This document shows, piece after piece, positions 30,108 to 41,734 of a stretch of 48,152 bases of DNA. This DNA comes from Chthonomonadales bacterium (GTDB taxonomy: Bacteria > Armatimonadota > Chthonomonadetes > Chthonomonadales > CAJBBX01): NCBI GenBank assembly GCA_049967475.1, contig JBMFSQ010000026.1:1-48152 (forward strand), written 5' to 3'. The notes under the pieces are model-generated. The model ran no database searches and was not told the origin of the DNA. It worked only from the letters and a program-made list of their open reading frames with translations. Position 1 is the first letter of the stretch. Each line of letters begins with the position of its first letter. The translations under genes were made by a program, and so were the position numbers.

Positions 30108-32675
30108 ATGAATCCGCTTCAGGAGCAGAAGTTTGCAGAAGAGTATGTGCTTCTCGCCGCTGCTCTCCGAAGGGCGTCTCAGTCCCCCTCGGCGCAAGCA
30201 GCCGCTGCGGTCTTTTTGGAAGCGCTCACTGAAGCCGGCATCCTAACTGGGACGGAGCTCCGCGGAACCTTCGTAAACGGCGGATCGCTTCGCATCGGCC
30301 GGGCGCCTCAGGACACAGCATCCGAGCCCCCTTTGGTTGAGGCCCTTCACTTCCCCTGGGGTCTGCGCGGTGAGGTCGTTCTTTTCCCTAGCCGAAAGCT
30401 GGATGGAGACTTCGTGGCCCACATGGTGATGCACCTGGGTCTCCTCCTCCGCCACCACTTGCTTCACGAACGCTGCGTGGAATTGGAGAACACGTGCAGC
30501 CGGCGCATCGAAGAGGTGGGAGCGATCTACGAAATAGGGCGCGCTATGGCTGGAACGGACCTCTCCCAAATCCTCCAAACCATCGCCCGCAAGGCCGTAG
30601 AGGTATTGGGCGGGCGCAACTGCGCCGTCATGCGCCTCGATCGGGACACCGGCGACCTATCCCTCGAAGCCACCGCCTCTCAGCCGCAAGCCTCTGCAAA
30701 CGGTGCGTTGCCGAACTCTGCCGAGGTGTCGGCGGTTCTTCCAGCCATGATGCAACTCGCCCGTCAAGTTGCCCGATCAGGGGAACCTGTACTGCTCCCA
30801 GACCAAACAAGCGCTCCCCCGCAGCACGAAGGCCGGGACGCTCAGGCGACAGGTTCTGCGATGCTCGTACCTATCCGAAGCGACCAGCGCGATCTATTAG
30901 GGGTTCTGTGCATCTGTCGCGATCCGGGTTCTACCTCCTTCGATCGCAACGACCTGCGCCTCTTCCACATTCTGGCGGGTCAGGCCGGGCTCGCGATTAC
31001 GAGTGCCCAGCTCTATTCGGATCTGCGGCGCAGGGTCTACGAACTCTCGTTTCTTTCCGACGTAAGCCGAACGATCAGTTCAGTGGGAAACCTCGACGCT
31101 CTGCTGGAACTCGTGGTGGACCGGCTCCCGTCCTTCGCCCAGGTAGATCGGTGCTGCATCTACCTCTTCGACCGGGCGTCGCGGCGCTATATCCCCAGAG
31201 CCCTGCGCGGGTATCGTCCCGAGATGCCTGGAGCCCATTCCGTGCGGCGCGGACAGGGCGTCATCGGTGTGGCCGCCATGAAGCAGATCCCCATCGTTGA
31301 GGTGGACGCGCGCAACGCATTGCAGCCAATTCGTGGCTTTGCCCGGGCCCTCGGCACAAACTCTTTCGCAGCCATTCCGATTACGGCCAAAGGCAGCGCC
31401 ATCGGCGTTCTCCTCGTAGACAACAAATTCACGGGCAGAACGATCGGGCCGGACACGGTCGAGCGTCTCGCGCTCTTCGTGGATCAAGTGTCTGTGGCGG
31501 TAGAGAACGCCATCCTTCACGAGGACCGCGAGCACCGGTTCCGAGAACTGGACCGCCTGGCTACGCAAACGGACAACATCCTGCGCTCCATTGCCACAGC
31601 GGTTGCCGTTGTGGATGCAGCCGGATATGTAACCCGATGGAACGACGCGGCTGCAGCCCTCTGGGGCATCCCGGCAGAGGAAGCCATTTCCCAAGACTAT
31701 AACGTGCTCGTGCGCCGCCTGAAACTGCCTCCCGAGGAGGTGGACCAGCTCGCCCGCGCCATGTCAAAAGTACGAGACACGGGAGATCCCGTGCGCGAGT
31801 ACCAGCTTCGTCTTCATCCCGAAGGCCGGCCGGAGCTTTGCGTGAACATGGCAGTATCCCCTCTAACAGATCGGCAGGGTAACCGCCAGGGCGCGGTACA
31901 GGCAACTGAAGACATCACAGACCGCATCACCTTGGAAGCCGAGATGGCACGGATGAGCCGCTTGGCCGACATCGGGAAGCTTGCAGCCAAGCTGGCCCAC
32001 GAACTGCGAAACCCTCTGAGCCCCATCAAAGGCGCCGCACAGCTCATTCGCAAAGAGTACGGACACGATGCCAACCTCAACGAGTTTCTAGACATCATCG
32101 AGGAGGAAGTAAATACCCTCAACCGCATCACGTCAGAGCTTCTAGACTTTGCCCGCCCCCTTTCTCTAGACCTGCGCCCCATCAACCTGAACGACGTAAT
32201 CCAGAAGAACCTACGGTTCCTAGCCGGATACCTGTCCGAACGACGCATCGCCTGCGAATTCCAGCCTGAGGCCTCCCTGCCCCAGATCGTTGCCGATCCC
32301 AGGCAAATGGACCAGGTGATCCGAAACCTTGCCATCAATGCTGCGCAGGCCATGGCCACGGGGGGCCGCCTAAGCCTGGCAACCCGTTACCATCCCACAC
32401 GACAAGCCGTCGCGATGGAGATTACAGACACAGGTCCTGGCATCCCACCCGAGGCTCTGGACACCATCTTTCAGCCCTTCTTCACCACCAAGGCGAAAGG
32501 AGCGGGGTTGGGTCTGCCCATAGTCCGTAAAATCGTGGAGACCCACGGGGGCAACATCGCGGTTCACTCTTTGCCAGGGAATGGCACGACATTCGTTGTA
32601 AGCTTGCCTCTGGCGCCGCCCGGCGTGCGCACCTCGACCTCGACTGAAGGGATGGCGATTGTGCCCGATGAATAG
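30108..32675 (+). CDS. Cytoplasmic GAF-GAF-PAS sensor histidine kinase (NtrB/AtoS-like)
   Basis: Two GAF-like segments, PAS ([15 protein letters not shown]), H-box [55 protein letters not shown] at 30069-30077. Confidence 0.93.
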   Translation: MNPLQEQKFAEEYVLLAAALRRASQSPSAQAAAAVFLEALTEAGILTGTELRGTFVNGGSLRIGRAPQDTASEPPLVEALHFPWGLRGEVVLFPSRKLDGDFVAHMVMHLGLLLRHHLLHERCVELENTCSRRIEEVGAIYEIGRAMAGTDLSQILQTIARKAVEVLGGRNCAVMRLDRDTGDLSLEATASQPQASANGALPNSAEVSAVLPAMMQLARQVARSGEPVLLPDQTSAPPQHEGRDAQATGSAMLVPIRSDQRDLLGVLCICRDPGSTSFDRNDLRLFHILAGQAGLAITSAQLYSDLRRRVYELSFLSDVSRTISSVGNLDALLELVVDRLPSFAQVDRCCIYLFDRASRRYIPRALRGYRPEMPGAHSVRRGQGVIGVAAMKQIPIVEVDARNALQPIRGFARALGTNSFAAIPITAKGSAIGVLLVDNKFTGRTIGPDTVERLALFVDQVSVAVENAILHEDREHRFRELDRLATQTDNILRSIATAVAVVDAAGYVTRWNDAAAALWGIPAEEAISQDYNVLVRRLKLPPEEVDQLARAMSKVRDTGDPVREYQLRLHPEGRPELCVNMAVSPLTDRQGNRQGAVQATEDITDRITLEAEMARMSRLADIGKLAAKLAHELRNPLSPIKGAAQLIRKEYGHDANLNEFLDIIEEEVNTLNRITSELLDFARPLSLDLRPINLNDVIQKNLRFLAGYLSERRIACEFQPEASLPQIVADPRQMDQVIRNLAINAAQAMATGGRLSLATRYHPTRQAVAMEITDTGPGIPPEALDTIFQPFFTTKAKGAGLGLPIVRKIVETHGGNIAVHSLPGNGTTFVVSLPLAPPGVRTSTSTEGMAIVPDE

Positions 32676-32839
32676 GCATCCGCGCCGACAAGCCACGGCG
32701 CATGCGCCGACACCTCCCCCACGACTCCGCTGGAATGCACCCTTTGCCATGCGGTGGTGTTCCTTGGGCTGCCGGAGCGAAGCGTGCACACTTCACAGCC
32801 GATAATACAAGCAAGTACACGGAAGGATCACAGACCACG

Positions 32840-34030
<1,191 letters not shown>

Positions 34031-34185
34031 CCGGGTAGCCCGCCCGCACGAACCAACCCCTCCCCGCAGCAGGGATCCCGCCAACCTGCCGTGGACCAAT
34101 CGCGCCGTGCGCCAAAGACCTCTGAGCGGATGCATCCGAAAATGCTTGCCCGATTTTCCTCGATTTCGCTCGTCATCCCGCTCTG

Positions 34186-34201
34186 TGGCACACTTTGTGC
34201 A
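34186..34201 (+). promoter_or_regulatory. Sigma54 (-24/-12) promoter TGGCAC-N5-GTGCA
   Basis: GG-N10-GC spacing with TGGCAC, about 65 bp upstream of the REC-PilZ start. Confidence 0.7.
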
Positions 34202-34265
34202 GTAAGGGTAATCAGGTACATCTAACAGGTTCCGGGGCACCGCGGCCCTGGCGGGGAGGTAGTCC

Positions 34266-35348
34266 GTGCCCGATCCAGCCACGATCTTGCTCATCGAGGA
34301 CGAACGGAACTTCCGGCGCATTTTGGAAGCCAAGCTCACTCGGTCCGGCTTTGCAGTTACCGAAGCGTCGAACCCGCCAGAGGCATTGAGCGCGCTGGTT
34401 CGCCGCGAATACGACGCCATCATCCTGGATGATCAGTTGCCCGGCGGACGGGGGTTGGACCTGATCCCCCTCATGCGCCGCGCCAATCCGCGCGCCCCTG
34501 TCATCCTCATGACGGCCTATGAAGACCGGCCCCTCCGCATGGAGGCGCTCGGTGCCGGAGCCTCGGAAGTCTTTGCCAAGCCCTTCGAACTCGATCACCT
34601 AGTGGCGGTGCTTCGCTTGCGCTTGCTGCAGCTTAAGAGCCGCCAAAGCCTGCTCCTCCGCAGCGGTCAAGTGCTGGCGCTCACGGTGGACCGGGAAGGC
34701 TCTCAACCCACCCAGGCTACCGTCATTGAAAGCGGAATGAATGAATTCCGCGCCACTCTCCAGGCTGCCCGCCTACCTCCCATCGGAACCTGGATCCAGG
34801 CCAGCCTTCCCGGCGATGACGGTTTGTACGCCTTTCGGTGCCGGGTCCTGGCGCATGTCCTGGGCCCCCAATCGCTCATCCTCTCCAAGCCGTCTGTCAT
34901 TTACAGGAGGCAGCGCCGACGGCACCCGCGAATGCCTGTGGATTTTCCGGTCAGGGTGCGGGCCGCCCGAGTAGCTGGAGGCAGGTTTGCACCTCAACCA
35001 CCCGCGATTGAGCCTCCGGCGGATACTCCCGACGCAGCCTCGTCCACGCCCTCCCACATGGTGCCCCACGGAGCAATCCTGGCGCATGCCCGAGACCTGA
35101 GCTTAGGCGGCATCGCCCTCTCCGCCCCTCAGGAACTGGCCGTCGGCGCTCCCGTGGCACTGAGCTGGGAGATGCCCTACGCGCGGTCCCACTCTCTTGT
35201 GCGCGTGCGTGGAGTGGTCGTGGGGCGAACCATCCCGCCCAACAGCAACGAGGCAGACCAAGTGCGCCTCTCCGTGCGCTTCACACGCATCCCTGCCCAC
35301 GCCCGCACCCAGATTACCGCCTTCCTCGAGAACCGCCTGCCTGTTTGA
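34266..35348 (+). CDS. Response regulator with YcgR/PilZN-like and PilZ (c-di-GMP-binding) domains
   Basis: Receiver LIEDE..ILDDQLP..TAY..AKPF; PilZ motifs QRRRHPR (RxxxR) and DLSLGG (DxSxxG). GGAGG RBS and GTG start. Confidence 0.87.
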   Translation: MPDPATILLIEDERNFRRILEAKLTRSGFAVTEASNPPEALSALVRREYDAIILDDQLPGGRGLDLIPLMRRANPRAPVILMTAYEDRPLRMEALGAGASEVFAKPFELDHLVAVLRLRLLQLKSRQSLLLRSGQVLALTVDREGSQPTQATVIESGMNEFRATLQAARLPPIGTWIQASLPGDDGLYAFRCRVLAHVLGPQSLILSKPSVIYRRQRRRHPRMPVDFPVRVRAARVAGGRFAPQPPAIEPPADTPDAASSTPSHMVPHGAILAHARDLSLGGIALSAPQELAVGAPVALSWEMPYARSHSLVRVRGVVVGRTIPPNSNEADQVRLSVRFTRIPAHARTQITAFLENRLPV

Positions 35349-35373
35349 CAGCGAAAATAACCAGTGGTACACT
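35345..35373 (+). promoter_or_regulatory. Sigma70 promoter TTGACA-N17-TACACT with extended -10 TG
   Basis: TTGACA at 35345-35350 (overlapping the upstream TGA stop) and TGG-TACACT at 35365-35373. Confidence 0.78.
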
Positions 35374-35451
35374 CATTTGGTAAGCCTAGGTACCTTCGGT
35401 ACGTTTGCTCGGCTCCGGCTCAAAGCCGGCCAATGGGCGGGGTGACAAGTC

Positions 35452-36327
35452 ATGAAGTGTGCGCGGTGCGGAGCTGAAGTCCCTTCCGGGGCGCTCTTCT
35501 GCATGAAATGCGGAGCACCCACATCTCTGCCTGCAAGTCAGCCCCGCCGCCGCTTCCCCACTGTGGCACTCGCCGCAATACTCGCCTTACTTCTCGCCGC
35601 AGCAATCGCCGGGTACCGAGCCCTCAACCCCACCAATCGCCTAGGAAGCGCCACACCGCCCGGCCAGCTCTTGGAGAAAACCGGTTCTGCCGGCATGGGA
35701 GGTCCCCTTCTGGACCGCTCCGGCAGGGTAGCCCAGGGGGGACCCGTCACCGGGCAAACCGCAACGGCTCCGCCGCCGCCCCCAGCCGATGTGGTGGACT
35801 ACCTGAAGTTCCTCAAAGATGTAGAAAAGCGCCGCCTCCTCCTGGAACGCCAGCAAATCGCCGAACTCCTCAAGCAGAGCGCCAACCTTACCTACCCAGG
35901 CGCCACAGCGGACTGGACCACAAACGAGCCCGAACGCCAGGCCCAGCGCACCTATTCCGAGTTTCAAGCTTCCTTGGCTCAGTGGTCCGGTCAATGGCAG
36001 GCCCTCAGCCGGTACTTCCTCTCCAAACAGCCACCGCAATCCTGCACTACGCTCCGCGACAAGTATTACGACCTTCTGGGAAAAACAGCCGGTTCCCTGG
36101 CTTCTGTAGGCAACAGCTTCAACAAAGCCATGTCCGGCGATCCCGGAGCAGCCCTCGATGCCCTCACTCGCCAGCAGGGATCGGGCATGGGCACTCCCTC
36201 CCGGGAGGTTCGGGACGCATGCTCCGCAGCAGATGACGAGCTGGACCGTGTTTGCAGGGAGTTCGGCATTCCCAAGGACTTTTCCATCCAAGACGACACC
36301 GGCGGCGCCAACCTGTTGGGCCGTTGA
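35452..36327 (+). CDS. Zinc-ribbon, single-TM protein with helical extracytoplasmic domain
   Basis: CARC-x10-CMKC, TM segment VALAAILALLLAAAIAG, Pro/Gly linker and helical C-terminus. Confidence 0.8.
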   Translation: MKCARCGAEVPSGALFCMKCGAPTSLPASQPRRRFPTVALAAILALLLAAAIAGYRALNPTNRLGSATPPGQLLEKTGSAGMGGPLLDRSGRVAQGGPVTGQTATAPPPPPADVVDYLKFLKDVEKRRLLLERQQIAELLKQSANLTYPGATADWTTNEPERQAQRTYSEFQASLAQWSGQWQALSRYFLSKQPPQSCTTLRDKYYDLLGKTAGSLASVGNSFNKAMSGDPGAALDALTRQQGSGMGTPSREVRDACSAADDELDRVCREFGIPKDFSIQDDTGGANLLGR

Positions 36328-36626
36328 GAAACGCCGGGCATTGGAAGGCCCTCGTGCTTTGCCGCTCAAAGCAGCCGATCCCCTTGGAGTGACCGCTTCA
36401 AGCGCATACCGGCGAACGCACCGGTGCTCCGCCCCACCTCCTCCCGCCGGCACGAGGCGCACTCGGCGCCCCATTGCGGCCCTCGCGGGCGCTCCTCAAC
36501 CAGAAACGCCCGTGCATCTGCCATAATCATGCCGCGGATTTCCCGAAAATGGGGCGTGCGGCGGACCGAAGGGAAGCGGGACGCAGTGGAGCGCGGCGTC
36601 CGTCTTCACAGAGGAAGGAGATTGCA

Positions 36627-39600
36627 ATGCGGGCGAGTACAGCCGCCTGGGTTCTCTGGATAACGATGCTGATCTTTTGGATCCCTTCCTCACCATCCGC
36701 TGCCCAAGATCTCGGCGGGACCCGCGTGGTGTGCTCCACCTTCTACGACGACGACTATTTCTACTTTGCAGCACACGTCACCAAACCCCAGCTCGCAGGC
36801 ACGGACACAGGGCCCTTCGGGGATCCGCTTAAAGACGATGCCGTAGCCGTGTTCCTTCAGCGTGAAGACCAGGAGCCCCTCACGCACCGTACTCCCCATT
36901 CTGTGGAGATGGCCGTAAGTGCTGCCGGCGGTGCGCAGCTCTATCGCGGCGCCGATGCTACGCCCCTGAAAGGGTTCAACGATTTTCTGTTGGGACCCGG
37001 TGGAACGCCCATCGCTTTCAAATATGCCGTTACCCGCCAAGGAGACATCAACGGACCGCCGTCCAAAGGCACCGGCTACACCGTGGAACTCGCAATCCCC
37101 TGGATTGAGATCGGCGGTCCGCCCAAGCCAGGCGAACGAATGCGGTTCAATGTTGTGGCCGTTAGTGCAGCGCAATCGTCGCCGCCCTTGCTCAGTATGT
37201 CTCCCTTGGTGAAGACTGCCGGCGATCTGCAAAACCCATCCCTTTGGGGAGAAATCGTTTTTGTAGAGGCGCCCCTCAAGTCGGCTCCGGAAGCCCCCGC
37301 TGCCAAAGTATGCAGCCGCGTCTTCACGAGCAAGCCCGTGATAGATGGAGAAGAGAGCCCGGGCGAGTGGAACTCCCTGACGTCCTTCGGATTTGAAGCA
37401 GCGGCTGGAGGCGGTTCGATTGTTTACGCCCCAAGCCTCGCCGCAGCCCGAACGCGCCCATCCATCCAGCTTCGACCGGCTCCGCCGCCCATCACCCCCG
37501 CTCCCATATCCGTGCCCGAATTGCATCCTCGGCGCCCGCAGGCGGTTCCGCGCCTTGTGTTCGCCCTGTACGATATGCACTACCAGAACGATCCGCGAAA
37601 GAACCTGCCCCTTGCTGCAGTGCGCGACGCCCAAGGGGCCTCACTCCTCGTTACGCACCCACTGGAAGGCGACGGTCCATGGATGAGCTACGACAACGTT
37701 GCATGGCATCTATGGCAGATGCAACAAATGGCCCAGGCGGGCGTAGACGTCGCGGTTCCCATCTATCATGACGCGCCTGCCGAGCGCCGCGGTCTGCTCG
37801 CCCTCGCAGCCGCTCTGGGTACGCTCAGGAACTCGGGCGGTACGGCCCCAACCATCGCCCCCTGCCTGGAGATTGCCCCCGAAGCTTCTCCGAACAATGG
37901 CCTCACGCCTCAGGAAAGGCTCTACCAAGCCCTAGACCACTTCTACACATTCATTCCCCCTCATTTGCGCTGCACGGTTGCGCTTTCACCCGAGAACGGT
38001 GGGGGAAGCGCTGCCGTCGCCTTAATCCGTGTACCGGCGCTTCTCTCTGCACTGGACGCATCGGGAGTGACTGAGATAAGGAAGCGATTCCTGCGGAAGT
38101 TCGGCTCGGATGTGATTCTGCTCGCCGTCAACCCTGCCCGAGGCCAGGAGCCTGCAACAGATGGCGCTATAGCGCTCGAAGAAGGGCGCGGCTGCCATGT
38201 GAGCGACGCCGGTTGGATCAGAACCGCTTCGGTGGGTGTGCTTCCACCGAACGGCCAACCCAACATACCTGCCCTCGCCGAACGCCAGGATGGCGAAGTA
38301 TACCGAGCCAACTGGAAAAGCGCCCTCGCCGGCCACCCTGCCTGGATCTTCCTGGATGCCTGGAACGATTACGGAACAGGCACCGAGATTGCTCCCACCC
38401 TGGAAAGCGGGGTGGAGTGTGAAGATATCACGTTGATGTTCAGCCGCGCCTTCCATGCAGCTCCCGGACTGGGCGGTGTGGTGACAGGCGTAGACCTTCC
38501 GGCCGTTGTGCTTGAAGGGAGCAAGCAATCCGTGCGTATACGATTGGCCAACGAGGGTATATCGCCATGGCCTGCCGGCGCAGCCGCCATCGAATGCCGT
38601 TGGGTTGGGCCCAAAGGCACATCTCATTCCCGGCAAACGATCATCCTTTCCAATGCCGTGGCGGCCGGCCAATGGCTGGAATTCCCATGTACGCTCAACG
38701 TGCCTTCGGAGCAGGGCCCGTACCGCCTGCAGCTTGCCGTGGTTCCCGCCGAGCCCAAAGCCAAGGCTGCCGCGGCAGAACGGGACCAGCCCTTCGAAAT
38801 CGCAGTTCAAGTAGAGCCGGCCGATGGCGGGCGCCTCCCTGCATACGCGGCAACCCTCGTCCGCAGCGACCTCCCCTTTACGGTGGAAACCGGAGGGGCC
38901 TATACCGCCACCGTTACCCTCCGGAATGAGGGTTCAAAGGCGTGGAAAGCAGGAGGACGTGTTACTGCGCGGCTCTGGCGCTATCCTGCTGCACCTGCAT
39001 CGGGGGCCGAAGCAGGAGAGGCACTGGACTTGGCAGACGCTTCGGTTCCTCTTCCTTCCGACACTCCCCCAGGCGGCGAAGTCACGGTGGTGTTGCCCGT
39101 CGTCTTCGCCCGCGCGGATGGTTCCCCGTTCCCCGTGTGGGATGCTGCCTCAGGCTGGACGTACGGCCTGCGATGGGAAGTGGTCTCTGCCGGTGCGGGC
39201 CAGACCGGATGCCTCACGAGCCCCGAGCCCCTGGCGCTTACAGAAGCGGATGTAGGAGCCGTGTTCACAGCGGATCTGACACCGCAACAGATGCCTGGCG
39301 ACAAGCGGATCCCGGTTAAGCTCAATGTCCGGAACCGCGGCCCTCAAACGTGGCTCAAGCAACTCGTTCGCGTGGGATACCATTGGTATACTCTGGACGG
39401 CATCGAGGTGGTATGGGAGGATGAAACCACACCGCTGCCGCAAGACGTGCCTCCGGGAGGGGAAACCGGCGACCTCCTTGCATGGATTACAGCTCCCCCT
39501 AACGACGGCACCTATTGGCTCGTTTGGGATGTCAAAGCCGGCGATACGTGGCAATCCACGCTGCCCTCCGGACGCGCCAATGAAACCCGCGTGCATCGAG

Positions 39601-40226
39601 TACAGGTGATTGACGGTAAGCTGATCTTTGTGGACCTCGCCAAGACTGCCACCGTAGACGGTGTGGTTTGGGGGTACGAGAAGAGCACTCCCGGCTTCGA
39701 CGGCCTCGGAGCAGCGTTCCCGGCGGAGATAACCCCGCCTTACGTAGAGACCGATGTGGTGCCCAGCACAATCTGGCTTCCCGTGAAGGGCGCGGGCCTC
39801 AATTCTTCCCGCAGCATCTCGTTCCGGTGGGGCCCGAAGGGACCGAATGAACATAACTTCGTGTCTTGTACCGGGCAACGCGTGCAGGTGGCTTCCACCT
39901 CGGCCAAAGCGCAGGTTTGCAAGCGCCTTCACATCCTTGCCGCCGCCACCAAACCCGACACGCTGGGAGCCTTCACCCTCATCTTCACCGACGACACGCA
40001 GCAGTACACTTCTTTCCCCATCAACTCGTGGACCAGCCGGCCGCACCACGACGAGGAAACTGCGTTTTTGGCCCCATGGCATAGGGCGCCCTCCGGGCTC
40101 GTAGATGCAACCCCGGTGCGGCTCTATCACTACATAATCCCAATATCCGAGGCGAAGAAGCTCATCGCGGTCGTGCTCCCCAACGCACCGGGCATCAAGA
40201 TTGCCGCCATCACCCTGGAGAAATAG
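36627..40226 (+). CDS. Large secreted protein: CBM9/DOMON-like, GH99/GH71-like barrel, three NBR1-type Ig-like repeats, C-terminal beta-sandwich
   Basis: Signal peptide; YDDDYFYFA..GYTVELAIPW; MSYDNVAWH..QMAQAGVD..AWNDYGTGTEIAP; LANEGISPW, LRNEGSKAW, VRNRGPQTW. GGAAGGAG RBS before ATG 36627; TGCCATAAT near 36519-36527. Confidence 0.75.
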   Translation: MRASTAAWVLWITMLIFWIPSSPSAAQDLGGTRVVCSTFYDDDYFYFAAHVTKPQLAGTDTGPFGDPLKDDAVAVFLQREDQEPLTHRTPHSVEMAVSAAGGAQLYRGADATPLKGFNDFLLGPGGTPIAFKYAVTRQGDINGPPSKGTGYTVELAIPWIEIGGPPKPGERMRFNVVAVSAAQSSPPLLSMSPLVKTAGDLQNPSLWGEIVFVEAPLKSAPEAPAAKVCSRVFTSKPVIDGEESPGEWNSLTSFGFEAAAGGGSIVYAPSLAAARTRPSIQLRPAPPPITPAPISVPELHPRRPQAVPRLVFALYDMHYQNDPRKNLPLAAVRDAQGASLLVTHPLEGDGPWMSYDNVAWHLWQMQQMAQAGVDVAVPIYHDAPAERRGLLALAAALGTLRNSGGTAPTIAPCLEIAPEASPNNGLTPQERLYQALDHFYTFIPPHLRCTVALSPENGGGSAAVALIRVPALLSALDASGVTEIRKRFLRKFGSDVILLAVNPARGQEPATDGAIALEEGRGCHVSDAGWIRTASVGVLPPNGQPNIPALAERQDGEVYRANWKSALAGHPAWIFLDAWNDYGTGTEIAPTLESGVECEDITLMFSRAFHAAPGLGGVVTGVDLPAVVLEGSKQSVRIRLANEGISPWPAGAAAIECRWVGPKGTSHSRQTIILSNAVAAGQWLEFPCTLNVPSEQGPYRLQLAVVPAEPKAKAAAAERDQPFEIAVQVEPADGGRLPAYAATLVRSDLPFTVETGGAYTATVTLRNEGSKAWKAGGRVTARLWRYPAAPASGAEAGEALDLADASVPLPSDTPPGGEVTVVLPVVFARADGSPFPVWDAASGWTYGLRWEVVSAGAGQTGCLTSPEPLALTEADVGAVFTADLTPQQMPGDKRIPVKLNVRNRGPQTWLKQLVRVGYHWYTLDGIEVVWEDETTPLPQDVPPGGETGDLLAWITAPPNDGTYWLVWDVKAGDTWQSTLPSGRANETRVHRVQVIDGKLIFVDLAKTATVDGVVWGYEKSTPGFDGLGAAFPAEITPPYVETDVVPSTIWLPVKGAGLNSSRSISFRWGPKGPNEHNFVSCTGQRVQVASTSAKAQVCKRLHILAAATKPDTLGAFTLIFTDDTQQYTSFPINSWTSRPHHDEETAFLAPWHRAPSGLVDATPVRLYHYIIPISEAKKLIAVVLPNAPGIKIAAITLEK

Positions 40227-40243
40227 ACCCCGCGACCGAGCTC

Positions 40244-41491
40244 TCAGTCGGGGATGGTGGCTGACGCCGGCAGACGGTTGAGGGCGCCTTGCCAGATGAC
40301 CGTACGCAATGCCTCCAGGGTGTTCTGCGCGAGCTTCTCGGCAGGCACCTTTTGCGCGGCGGCATCGGCATCGGTGAACGCGATGAGCGTCTCGTTGCGG
40401 GCATAGATGGTGCGCTTGTCGGAGGACAGGCGCAGTTCGTACATTTGCAGGTTCTGGTCCAGAAGCCGGTCGAGCACTTCAGACACCTTGCGCGCTCGCG
40501 CTTCGGCGGACACGCCGTCCCAGGGTGCAACGCGCGCTACCACGGTTTTGTAGATCTTCACCTCGGCCAATTGGGCGCCGTTGACCTCCACATTGGACAC
40601 CTGGGCGGCCAGGCTGGGATCGGTGGCCGTGCGTGTTAGAGGGATCTTCAGCTCACGGAGCTCGGCTATGAGCGCCTGTGCCCGCTCGGGCGTGGGAGGG
40701 TGCGTGCGGTAAATGCCCAGAGGCCGATCCGGCTTGAGGGCTTCATCCTTGGCGAGCCGCTCCATAAACGTCAGCAGGCCTACCGGATTGTAATGGGTAT
40801 GAATCAGATACTCGACGGCGCCATGGTCGGCATCTTCCTCAGCCTTCACGCCGTAGCTGTTCAACTTCGCAACCATGTAGAGGTTCGTGGCGAGCGCCAG
40901 AGTGCTTACATCCTGGCCATTCGCCTTGGAAAGCACTGCAGCCAGGAGGATCAGCGGCAGGAAGGGCTGCATTTTGCTCTGCTCTTTCAGTAGTTTCATC
41001 ATGTGGTGGTGGGCTACGTGGGTGATTTCATGAGCAAGTACTCCGGCCAATTCGTCGTCCGAATGCACATAATCCAGCAGACCCTTGTTCACATAGATAT
41101 ATCCGCCCGGCAGTGAGTACGCATTCACGTCCTTATCGTCCACCACCTTGAAGGTGTAATGGAATTTCTTCACCGTGGAGCTTCCCCAAAGCGCGGGAAC
41201 CTCTACGCTATTGGCTACGGCGGCAATCTCTTGACCGATGCGGTTCACCCGATCCAAAATCGCTGCATCGGTAATGAGCTTTACCTGCTTGTCATTCTCG
41301 GCGGCGTTCTCTCGGCCGAGCTTTACCTCTTCGTCTTCTGCGGCAGGAGACGGCTTCGCCGCGGCGGCCTGGGATGCGTTCGACGGCGAAGCCCCCGCAC
41401 CGGGAAGGGCCCCCGAAGGAACCGCCAGGGAGCCCCAAAGGGCCGTTCCCACAGCAAGTACCCCAATTCTCTTCCACACTACTGACCGCAT
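40244..41491 (-). CDS. Secreted M48-family (BepA/YfgC-like) Zn metalloprotease with C-terminal extension
   Basis: VNAYSLPGG, ELAGVLAHEITH, EEDAD, THP. Signal peptide; TGTTATAAT on the minus strand at 41565-41557. Confidence 0.92.
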   Translation of the reverse strand: MRSVVWKRIGVLAVGTALWGSLAVPSGALPGAGASPSNASQAAAAKPSPAAEDEEVKLGRENAAENDKQVKLITDAAILDRVNRIGQEIAAVANSVEVPALWGSSTVKKFHYTFKVVDDKDVNAYSLPGGYIYVNKGLLDYVHSDDELAGVLAHEITHVAHHHMMKLLKEQSKMQPFLPLILLAAVLSKANGQDVSTLALATNLYMVAKLNSYGVKAEEDADHGAVEYLIHTHYNPVGLLTFMERLAKDEALKPDRPLGIYRTHPPTPERAQALIAELRELKIPLTRTATDPSLAAQVSNVEVNGAQLAEVKIYKTVVARVAPWDGVSAEARARKVSEVLDRLLDQNLQMYELRLSSDKRTIYARNETLIAFTDADAAAQKVPAEKLAQNTLEALRTVIWQGALNRLPASATIPD

Positions 41492-41734
41492 TCTTCGGCC
41501 TCGTGCTCTCCCCCAACTATTAAGACGACGTTCACAATCCTTTGGTGACCCGCATCATTATAACATTCTTGCCACAGATGCCAGGCAGCTTCTGCTGCGC
41601 GTGTTGCCAAGGAGCCATCTCCGTACCCTCGCCGTTGCCGCCTCCGCAGTACGCTCCGGGCAATTGCCCTGCTACCCGCCGCATCTGCTACACTATACAA
41701 ACTTCCTTACCCAGCAGGAGATGCCCAAGGTTCC

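Noticed and set aside
34031..34225. Frameshifted or read-through Fis-HTH for the sigma54 activator
   Set aside because: The downstream frames examined show no HTH signature, and the region holds a sigma54 promoter instead.
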